A stretch of 40,206 nt of DNA, from assembly GCA_027037615.1 (NCBI GenBank), contig JALVZN010000032.1, forward strand, positions 1 through 40,206, read 5' to 3'. Shown here piece after piece: positions 8,654-18,364 of the stretch. A program made the position numbers and the translations under genes. Positions within the stretch are counted from its first letter, which is position 1; each line of letters begins with the position of its first letter. This stretch comes from a candidate division WOR-3 bacterium (GTDB lineage Bacteria; Hydrothermota; Hydrothermia; B15-G9). The notes under the pieces are model-generated. The model saw only the letters and a program-made list of their open reading frames with translations, did not search any database and was not told the origin of the DNA.

Positions 8654-10038
8654 GCGTGCTGGCTCTGGTAATAACTTTTTATTTCTCGGCACCATCAGCC
8701 CGCTCACTTGCACTGGGAGGGGTGCCGCTCATCGGCAATCAGGATCCCGCAACCGTCTGGAGCAATCCAGCCTACCTTGCGCTCAAGGGCGAGTCTCACA
8801 TCCAGTTAGGACATCTGGACATGCCGATTGGCGTGATCGGTGCTGCAATGCAATACAAGACTGTCGATTCTCTGATCTCGGTGGTTTCGTCGCACCCAAA
8901 TGATTTACTCTCACAATACAACCTCTCCTATTACCTGATACCCGCAATCAATAGCCAGAGTAATGTTTTCTCGCCGAAGGTGCTTTATGACTACTTTTAC
9001 TCAAACAGGACACTGACGGAAGCCGACAAGCAAGAGTTCCTATCCCTCATGAAAGAAGGATATGCGACTGTGAACACAGACCTTGAGCTCCTCACCTTCA
9101 GCATAGCGAGCGGCGGGTTCGGCATCTCATTGAAGCAAAGTCAATACATGAGACTCAGGATACCACGCGACCTCTTTAAATTGATCTTGTTCGGAAATGA
9201 GCTGAACACAGAGTATTCTTTCACGGAAGAAAACACATTTGTCGAGGAGCTCAGCTCGATCGTCCTGACGGTGAACTACGGCCACAGGCTGGATATTCGA
9301 GGTATCCCGCTGTATCTCGGCGTCGGCCTGAGGTTCACGAGGGCCATCCCGTTCTCTCAGTTCAAAGAGGATGTCCCCAATCTCGGGTATCTCAGACTGA
9401 ATTCCCTCAACTTCTCCGTCGTAACAGACACGGAGAAGATAGTCATCAACGGCGGTCGAGAAGAAGTTTTGTTTGGAGCTGGCAACATGGCAACGGGGAT
9501 AAATCTCGGGCTGGCGGCACAACCCCTGCCCGGCCTGAGCATCGGAATGTCACTCGTCAACATCGGAGCCAGTCTGAAATTCACGGATGCGGATTCGGTG
9601 AAGGTTATAATCTTCGGGTCAGACACCATTTCATCGCTCAATGACAGCGTTTCCATAGAGCCTGAGACTACATTCACTCTCCCTGCATCAGGCTACAAAG
9701 CTCAGCTGCCGCAGATGTTTCAGCTATCGGCAGCCTATCAGTTCAGAGATATCTGGAGCAAGCCGTCGTTTGGAGCCGCATTGAAAGTGGCGCTCAACGA
9801 ATCCGTCGCAATGCACAAGGGGACAGTCCTGTCTCTGGCCACGGAGCTACACCCGACATCGTGGTTGCCACTGCGCTTCTCGCTTGCGTTTGGAGATCGA
9901 GATGGAACACAGATCGGCTACGGCTTCGGATTGCGCATCAAAGGAATTCACTTAGATTTCGGGTTCCAGAACATCGGCAGCACCGGAACCAGCTCAAAAG
10001 GCGGCAGATTTATGACCGATTTCTGGTTCTCGATCTAA
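8650..10038 (+). CDS. Outer-membrane beta-barrel protein, PorV/FadL/UPF0164-like
   Basis: SD AAAGGAGG precedes the ATG. A signal peptide is followed by SLALGGVPLIGNQDPATVWSNPAYLA (the xxGMGG...NPAGLA type N-terminal motif). Alternating hydrophobic strands run throughout, with a C-terminal beta-signal-like ...DFWFSI. Confidence 0.6.
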   Translation: MSVLALVITFYFSAPSARSLALGGVPLIGNQDPATVWSNPAYLALKGESHIQLGHLDMPIGVIGAAMQYKTVDSLISVVSSHPNDLLSQYNLSYYLIPAINSQSNVFSPKVLYDYFYSNRTLTEADKQEFLSLMKEGYATVNTDLELLTFSIASGGFGISLKQSQYMRLRIPRDLFKLILFGNELNTEYSFTEENTFVEELSSIVLTVNYGHRLDIRGIPLYLGVGLRFTRAIPFSQFKEDVPNLGYLRLNSLNFSVVTDTEKIVINGGREEVLFGAGNMATGINLGLAAQPLPGLSIGMSLVNIGASLKFTDADSVKVIIFGSDTISSLNDSVSIEPETTFTLPASGYKAQLPQMFQLSAAYQFRDIWSKPSFGAALKVALNESVAMHKGTVLSLATELHPTSWLPLRFSLAFGDRDGTQIGYGFGLRIKGIHLDFGFQNIGSTGTSSKGGRFMTDFWFSI

Positions 10039-10048
10039 ATCTGATCTG

Positions 10049-11236
10049 TCAAACTGAATTCAACGCTTGATCGATGTCCGCAATGAGGTCGTCAGCGTCC
10101 TCTATGCCGCACGATAGCCTGATGAAGCCGGGGCCTATGCCCATCTCCTGCCGCTGCTCAGGTGTAAGGCCAGCGTGCGATGTGTTGTAGGGCATGCTCA
10201 CGAGCGATTCGACGCCCCCGAGGCTCGTGGCCTCTTTCCAGATTTTCAGGTTGTGCATGAACTTAACGCCGTCCTCGTCCGTGCCGTCTATCTCAAAGCT
10301 GACCATTCCGCTGTAACCATTTGTCACATACCTGTCGATGAGCTCCTTCTGAGGATAATCGTCGAGGCCGGGATAGATCACCCTCCTTACACGGGGATGG
10401 CCTTTCAGGAATTCCGCCACAGCCATCGCATTGCTGTTGTGTCGCTCCATCCTTATGGCGAATGTCTTAAGGCCTCGCTCAACCAGATAGGCCGGAAGTG
10501 GTTCCATCGAGCCGCCGAGATGGAGCATCGTCTCCCAGACCATCCCGATGTGCTCCTCAGACCCCACAACGAAGCCGGAGATGACATCGCTGTGCCCGTT
10601 GAGGTATTTGGAGCCGCTGTGAACCACAATATCGACGCCGTGCTCAAGCGGACGGAGGTTAAACGGAGTCATGAATGTGTTGTCCACAATGAAAAGGGCG
10701 CCGTTCCCGTGTGCGAGCTCCGCAACCGCCTCAAGGTCGATGAATTTCAGCAGGGGATTTGACAGCGTCTCGAAATAGACGACCTTCGTGTTCGGCTTGA
10801 GGCCATTTTTTATGGAGTTAATGTCCTGCGGGTTAACGAATGTCACATCTATGCCGAATTTGGGGAACTCCTTCTGAATCAGATACGAAGTGCCACCGTA
10901 GAGGTCCAGCGTGGTCAGAAGGTGATCGCCTTTTCTCAGGAATGTCAGCAGGGTCGTGGATATGGCCGCCATGCCGGAAGCGAAAGCCAGCCCGTCCTCA
11001 GCGCCTTCGAGAGCGGCAACTTTGAGCTCCACAGCGCGCCTTGATGGGTTCCCATACCGCGTATAAACCCAGATGTCACGCGCCTTCCCGTTCAGGATAG
11101 CCTCGTAATCCGCATCCGAAAGCTTGAAGGTGGTCGAAAGATACACGGGCGTGTTCACAGCGCCATATTCCCTGTCCTCAAGCCCGCCTGCGTGCACGGA
11201 GATGGTGGATATGCCCGATTTCCTTTTCTCGTCCAT
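10049..11236 (-). CDS. PLP-dependent trans-sulfuration family enzyme (cystathionine gamma-synthase / gamma-lyase / O-acetylhomoserine sulfhydrylase type)
   Basis: HSGSKYLNGHSDVISG is the PLP-lysine motif. Also YTRYGNPS, a ~395 aa length and the C-terminal IRLSCGIED. Confidence 0.85.
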   Translation of the reverse strand: MDEKRKSGISTISVHAGGLEDREYGAVNTPVYLSTTFKLSDADYEAILNGKARDIWVYTRYGNPSRRAVELKVAALEGAEDGLAFASGMAAISTTLLTFLRKGDHLLTTLDLYGGTSYLIQKEFPKFGIDVTFVNPQDINSIKNGLKPNTKVVYFETLSNPLLKFIDLEAVAELAHGNGALFIVDNTFMTPFNLRPLEHGVDIVVHSGSKYLNGHSDVISGFVVGSEEHIGMVWETMLHLGGSMEPLPAYLVERGLKTFAIRMERHNSNAMAVAEFLKGHPRVRRVIYPGLDDYPQKELIDRYVTNGYSGMVSFEIDGTDEDGVKFMHNLKIWKEATSLGGVESLVSMPYNTSHAGLTPEQRQEMGIGPGFIRLSCGIEDADDLIADIDQALNSV

Positions 11237-11295
11237 TCCTTCCTCCTTTTGGCGCTTGATTTTAAGTCAGATGCAAGGTTTTACAAGCCGAGTCA

Positions 11296-12543
11296 TCAGG
11301 GAACGAAGGCGAGAAACGGCACGATCATCTCCCTGCGCGTCAAACCGCCGTGTCTGCCAACCAGTTCATCGGTGTCATCTTTTCTGAAAATCAGGTTCTT
11401 GTCGCCAGCAGGTGTCACCACAATGTCGCCTATCCGCGTCAGGAACTTATCTGAGACCTGAGGCCCGAAAAGGCCGCTCTCGTAGGCTTCAACAGATTTG
11501 AAGGCCACAAAATCGGGCGATAGCCTCTCCCTGATCATCTCAAGGGTTTCATCCACCAGTCCATTTCGGATGTAGAGGTATCTGAAACGAGACTCTCCGA
11601 TCGGCGGCATCAGCAGATTATCGACAATCTCAGGGTAGTCCTCCAGATAGACCGAGTTATCGGGCGGCGAATGGCGGAAACCGTGATCCGCGGTTATCAC
11701 AAACAGCGTTTTGCGCCTCACAGAGCCGTCCAATTTTGAAAGCATCGTTTCGAGCGATGTTGATATGCAGTTCATCTCGCATTCCCACACCTCATGGCTG
11801 TAGCCGTAGTGATGCGATAGGCTGTCCAGTGCCGGCCAGTATGCCCCGATGATCATCGGAGGTGTTTCTTTTTGAAGTAATTCACGAACCATGTAAAGCT
11901 GATCCTGAAGGTTTACGGTGCCTATTTTCTTCGTAAAATGCCTGTAAATCACCATCGACAAAGGGCTTTCGACGATAAACCTGTTCAAAAGGACAAAAAG
12001 CTTTATGTTCTGGTTAATCAACGAGTTCTGCAATTCACCGGTTTTGAAAAATGACTCAAATTTGACGCCCATCTTCTCAAGCATTCCTGACTCGTCCGCC
12101 TGAACAGGACTTGATTTGAGCGTGTTCACCATCATGCCGATCTCGCTCATGAAAATCTCATATCCAGAAACCAGATGGACCGAGGCAGGCACGCCGTTCC
12201 AGATAGACGCCATAGCTGTGGCAGTAGTGGACGGGACGACGGAGGTAATCGGAGCGAGATAGCTGTCCCTCACGAGGCTGGCGAACAGGGAATTCGGATG
12301 TTCGGATACATATTCCTGAAGCAGATCAAATCCCAACCCGTCGAGCACCATCAGCACAATTCGGTCTATCTCCTGCCCGACCCACGAAAGATGCTTATCA
12401 TCGAGAGGCGGCAGGAGCTGTCTGTCCATCTCCGTGTCGGGGCGCAGCAGTTTGACCAGAGAAGCGAGTATGTTGGCGTTGGAGCCGCCATCGTAATTCG
12501 GCCATACAAACCCGTGTTTTTTAATGACTTCGACCATGTTCAT
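11296..12543 (-). CDS. Alkaline-phosphatase-superfamily protein (nucleotide pyrophosphatase/phosphodiesterase-like)
   Basis: VLMVLDGLGFDLL near the N-terminal third and FVITADHGF later are metal-site motifs of the AP superfamily. SD GGAGGGGA precedes the ATG. Confidence 0.65.
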   Translation of the reverse strand: MNMVEVIKKHGFVWPNYDGGSNANILASLVKLLRPDTEMDRQLLPPLDDKHLSWVGQEIDRIVLMVLDGLGFDLLQEYVSEHPNSLFASLVRDSYLAPITSVVPSTTATAMASIWNGVPASVHLVSGYEIFMSEIGMMVNTLKSSPVQADESGMLEKMGVKFESFFKTGELQNSLINQNIKLFVLLNRFIVESPLSMVIYRHFTKKIGTVNLQDQLYMVRELLQKETPPMIIGAYWPALDSLSHHYGYSHEVWECEMNCISTSLETMLSKLDGSVRRKTLFVITADHGFRHSPPDNSVYLEDYPEIVDNLLMPPIGESRFRYLYIRNGLVDETLEMIRERLSPDFVAFKSVEAYESGLFGPQVSDKFLTRIGDIVVTPAGDKNLIFRKDDTDELVGRHGGLTRREMIVPFLAFVP

Positions 12544-12689
12544 ATCCCCTCCTATGTGAGGCAGGAATTATAATGTCGCGGATCAAGCTCAGCCTATCCC
12601 GCTCAGCTGAAACGCAGCAATCGGAAGGCACAACATCGATGCAGCCTCTCCCGAGATCTTGAAAAATTCATGAATGTGAATAAAATTTC

Positions 12690-13724
12690 ATGCCACTTGA
12701 GCGAAAAATGAAGAGATTGCAGACCGGGAAACTGCCGCATGAGCTTCTGAAAACGCTGCTGAATGAGCTGAAAACGGGTGAAATGGATCCATCCGTCGTT
12801 GTGGGGCCGGGCATCGGGCTTGATAGCGCTGTCATCAAGCTTGCGCCTGATGATTACCTCGTGGTCTCATCCGATCCGATAACCTTCACGGCGGAGGACA
12901 TCGGCTTTTACCTCGTAACCATCAACGCAAACGACATAGCGGTCACCGGGACGCGCCCCATGTATCTTGTTGTGGATCTCCTCCTCCCTGAGAAAGAAAC
13001 GGACGAAGCCCTTGTCGTCAAAATCTTCAGCCAGATCAAAGAGGCGGCCTCAAAACTCGGCATATCGGTGATCGGAGGGCATACCGAGGTCACCTACGGG
13101 CTGGACAGGCCGATCGCTGTGGGCACCATGTTCGGCCGACTTAGTGGAAGGGCGCCCATCACAGCCGCCGGGATGGAGGAAGGCGACTCAATAATCCTCT
13201 CATCAGGGATTGCGATCGAAGGGACAGCGACAATCGCGCGGGAAAAAAGAGAATACATCAGGAATCTGTTGGGCGAACGCAGATTTGAAAGGGCGCTCAA
13301 TTTCCTCAACGACCCCGGAATATCCGTCGTGGATGTCGCTCTGTCAGTTGCCGGGATAGATGGCGTCCACGCAATGCACGACCCGACCGAGGGCGGCATC
13401 GCCACGGCGTTGCACGAAATGGCATCAGCCTCCCACAAGGGCATCATAGTTTACGAGGAAGAAATCTATGTGTTTGAAGAGACAAGACTTATTTGTGAAG
13501 CGTTCAACATCGACCCGCTCGGACTGCTGGCATCAGGCGCGCTTCTCATCTCAGTGGCACCTGACCATGCTCAGGAAGTGGTCGAAACCATCAGCTCCAT
13601 GGGCAAAAACGCAAATGTCATAGGCGAAGTGAAAGATAGCGCATTTGGCATTAAAATAAGCCGCAATGGCAGGTTGTATGACCTGCCTATTTTTTCTCAG
13701 GATGAGATCACAAAAGTCATATAG
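12690..13724 (+). CDS. AIR-synthase-related (PurM/HypE/ThiL-fold) protein; start may be the ATG at 12708
   Basis: GLDSAVIKL..VVSSDPITF..NANDIAVTGTRPMYL and GGHTEV motifs of the AIR synthase-related family. There is no HypE C-terminal Cys motif. Confidence 0.7.
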   Translation: MPLERKMKRLQTGKLPHELLKTLLNELKTGEMDPSVVVGPGIGLDSAVIKLAPDDYLVVSSDPITFTAEDIGFYLVTINANDIAVTGTRPMYLVVDLLLPEKETDEALVVKIFSQIKEAASKLGISVIGGHTEVTYGLDRPIAVGTMFGRLSGRAPITAAGMEEGDSIILSSGIAIEGTATIAREKREYIRNLLGERRFERALNFLNDPGISVVDVALSVAGIDGVHAMHDPTEGGIATALHEMASASHKGIIVYEEEIYVFEETRLICEAFNIDPLGLLASGALLISVAPDHAQEVVETISSMGKNANVIGEVKDSAFGIKISRNGRLYDLPIFSQDEITKVI

Positions 13725-13734
13725 GAGGATTGCT

Positions 13735-14022
13735 ATGCCAAACGGAAAACCTTTCGAGATCGAGATAGATAAGGAAAAAGGGCTTGGGGTTTACTCAAAC
13801 CTCGTGATGATAACCCATTCTCCGTCGGAATTCGTGCTCGATTTTGCGAGAATCATGCCGGGACTGCCCAAAGCCAAGGTGGTGTCCCGTGTGATAATGG
13901 CGCCCCAGCACGCCAAGATGTTCCTCAAAGCGCTTGAGGACAACATCAAAAAATACGAGGAGAGATTTGGGGAGATCAAAATTGACCATACGGATGAGAA
14001 AAAGATAGGCTTTCAAAGCTAA
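13735..14022 (+). CDS. DUF3467 family protein
   Basis: SD AGGAGG sits 6 nt before the ATG at 13735; the track ORF from 13666 overlaps the upstream gene. GVYSNLVMITHSPSEFVLDFARIMPGLPKAKVVSRVIMAPQHAKMFLKALEDNI matches my memory of DUF3467. Confidence 0.75.
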   Translation: MPNGKPFEIEIDKEKGLGVYSNLVMITHSPSEFVLDFARIMPGLPKAKVVSRVIMAPQHAKMFLKALEDNIKKYEERFGEIKIDHTDEKKIGFQS

Positions 14023-14039
14023 AGATTAAGTGGAAGGCC

Positions 14040-14720
14040 ATGAAAAGACCATCAATAGCAATAACATTGCCCAACGCTTCGGCGTTCAGGTCCCAAAAAT
14101 ACAGGAATTATCTTGAACTCATTGAACAGGGAGGAGGGGACCCATTGCCGCTCGTGCCGGGGTTCACCGTTGACCTGACTCAGGTTGACGCCCTGTTGCT
14201 CAGCGGTGGCGGCGACATCGATCCCGGCAGATACGGCGAAAAGATAAACGGGACGCGGGAGAGCGAGATCAGCAGTGCGAGAGACAACATCGAATTCGAC
14301 CTCCTGAATCAGGCTGTCGAGAACCACATACCGGTTCTGGGTATTTGTCGCGGCATGCAGCTCATAAATGTCTATTTCGGCGGGACAATGCACCAGGACA
14401 TAGAGAACATCGGCAAACCGATACACGGTTCTAACGGTAAAGAGTACCAGAGACACAAGGTCACCATAGAGAAAGGCTCATTGCTCCATGAGATACTCGG
14501 CGTTGATGAGATAGAGGTTATGAGCCACCACCATCAGGCAGTTAACAACCTGGGGCACGATCTCTCGATCTCGGCCAGAGCGGAAGATGGGATTGTGGAG
14601 GCCATCGAGTCCACCAATTCCATGTTTTTGATTGGGGTGCAATGGCATCCTGAAGTGGATATCGACGATTACTCACTAAAGTTAATCAAAGCACTGGTGG
14701 ACGCGGCACTCAAAAAGTAA
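14040..14720 (+). CDS. Class I glutamine amidotransferase / gamma-glutamyl hydrolase family (peptidase C26, PuuD-like)
   Basis: GICRGMQLINV is the nucleophile Cys elbow, VQWHPE is the His-Glu part of the triad, and GGGDIDP is also present. Confidence 0.85.
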   Translation: MKRPSIAITLPNASAFRSQKYRNYLELIEQGGGDPLPLVPGFTVDLTQVDALLLSGGGDIDPGRYGEKINGTRESEISSARDNIEFDLLNQAVENHIPVLGICRGMQLINVYFGGTMHQDIENIGKPIHGSNGKEYQRHKVTIEKGSLLHEILGVDEIEVMSHHHQAVNNLGHDLSISARAEDGIVEAIESTNSMFLIGVQWHPEVDIDDYSLKLIKALVDAALKK

Positions 14721-14729
14721 AAAATCGGC

Positions 14730-15809
14730 TTATTTCCCCCCTCTGATCAGGTAGCTGAACAGGTCGAACCTGATCAGCCCGAAGAGGATTATTCCAATAA
14801 CCAGAACGACGAGCCCTGTTATCGTCAGGGAGTATCTCATTTCGTAGAAAATCCTGTTGTCTCCGGGCGCGGTGCCTTCCATAAATTTCTGCGGGTCAAT
14901 GTAGTCTGAAACGATTTCGTCGATCGACACGAAATTGATGACAGGCTTGCCCTGAGCCATGTAATACCGCAAAACGCTTTTGACCTCGCCTTTCCATCTG
15001 GGATGTCTGATTGCGCCCGGCTCAATCCTCACGCCGGCTGGCCCGTAAGACGCCGGGTTGTAACCGATGTTGATGTATGCCTTGATGTCGCCGTAGGAAT
15101 CAATCCTGCTCCGCACATCATCGTCGAGGTATTGGAACCGTCTGAGCTCAAAGCCGTTATCCTGTATGGAGCGGATGATGAGATCGACGCCGTGTTGCGT
15201 CACGCCGAGCCCGTTGTCGTCATCACCGCCGATAGTCGCCCACAATGTGGCTCTGTCAAATATCTTTTTGTCAGCAAGCCGTTTCTCAATGTGGAGCCAT
15301 GTCAACATCGAGTCGTTCGCTCCCCACATCGACGATTCGTTCGATGTTATGGCCACAGGTCGCACATGCATGGCCTCACATGCGGCGAGCACGGCAATGT
15401 TTAGCCCGGGATATGAGCCGTTCCAGCCAATTCCCACGACATCGCCTTCCTTTATGCCGGCTTTTTTGAAAAGCTCAACGACAATGGCGGCAAAATTGGG
15501 GTTTGTGGTGAGGATTTTCTCGGTCAATTCGCCTCTGCGCGTGGTGATCGGGCTGTATTGATGCCCTATGAGGCCGGTCCTGAGCGGGTCGTAAAGCGTG
15601 TCGATGGGCCAGTTCAACTCGTCCCTGATGTTCCTGACCTCATCAAAGGCTTTGTATGTTGCCTGAGCTGCTGCGAGCTTAAGCTCGTAGTCTTTTGCTT
15701 TTACCCGCCTTTTGGTGTGCTCAAAGAGGTAAAATCCCCCGATGGACAGCAGCGCAACCACCACAAGCACCCAATCGGGCAGCCGTGATGGCGACCAGTG
15801 AAGTTTCAT
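14730..15809 (-). CDS. Membrane-anchored protein, possibly the 'poly-gamma-glutamate system protein' family
   Basis: N- and C-terminal TM helices. DPLRTGLIG..SPITT..TTNPNFAA..GDVVGIGWNGSYPGLNIAVLAA resembles my recollection of that family (unverified). The ATG at 15809 sits 5 nt after GAGG, and the gyrB stop TAA is immediately upstream. Confidence 0.45.
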   Translation of the reverse strand: MKLHWSPSRLPDWVLVVVALLSIGGFYLFEHTKRRVKAKDYELKLAAAQATYKAFDEVRNIRDELNWPIDTLYDPLRTGLIGHQYSPITTRRGELTEKILTTNPNFAAIVVELFKKAGIKEGDVVGIGWNGSYPGLNIAVLAACEAMHVRPVAITSNESSMWGANDSMLTWLHIEKRLADKKIFDRATLWATIGGDDDNGLGVTQHGVDLIIRSIQDNGFELRRFQYLDDDVRSRIDSYGDIKAYINIGYNPASYGPAGVRIEPGAIRHPRWKGEVKSVLRYYMAQGKPVINFVSIDEIVSDYIDPQKFMEGTAPGDNRIFYEMRYSLTITGLVVLVIGIILFGLIRFDLFSYLIRGGK

Positions 15810-15821
15810 GATCACCTCTCT

Positions 15822-18009
<2,188 letters not shown>

Positions 18010-18270
18010 CAGGGAATAAACTCCAGAATTGATTGGAAATTCGGCCAAAATTATACACCAGACCCCCTCACCTTTTCAATCAAAAGCATTGAAAATCCGT
18101 GTTTTCCGCAACTTTCAGACCCGCTCGTCAGGGACACAGAGCTACATCTGTATTTCCAGAATATCGGTCAACATGTCGAACGGATATGCCGTTTTCGAGG
18201 TGCATGGGAAAGCTGACCCCGAAACTCCACGCCACAGGCAGGCGTCATGCGGTAACTACGGCCCACCTGT

Positions 18271-18299
18271 TTGGCTTTTAGGCCACAGAGACTTATAAT
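18271..18299 (+). promoter_or_regulatory. Sigma70-type promoter TTGGCT-17-TATAAT for the repeat-protein gene
   Basis: -35 TTGGCT at 18271-18276, an exact 17-nt spacer and a consensus -10 TATAAT at 18294-18299. It lies ~65 nt upstream of the ATG at 18365, which has a GAGG SD. Confidence 0.55.
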
Positions 18300-18364
18300 T
18301 TCCAGCGGCATAAACGATTGCCATTTCTTTTATCCCTGATACAAAAACTCATGAGGTATTGGCT

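Noticed and set aside
10175-10762. A 195-aa + strand ORF.
   Set aside because: It is antisense to the PLP-dependent trans-sulfuration enzyme gene, so it is a shadow ORF.
18049-18358. A possible oriC in the 310-nt divergent region next to DUF721-gyrB.
   Set aside because: No dnaA, dnaN or recF genes are adjacent. I found no good TTATCCACA-type DnaA boxes (only partial TTATACACC and TTATCCCTG) and no AT-rich unwinding repeats. A consensus promoter explains part of the region.
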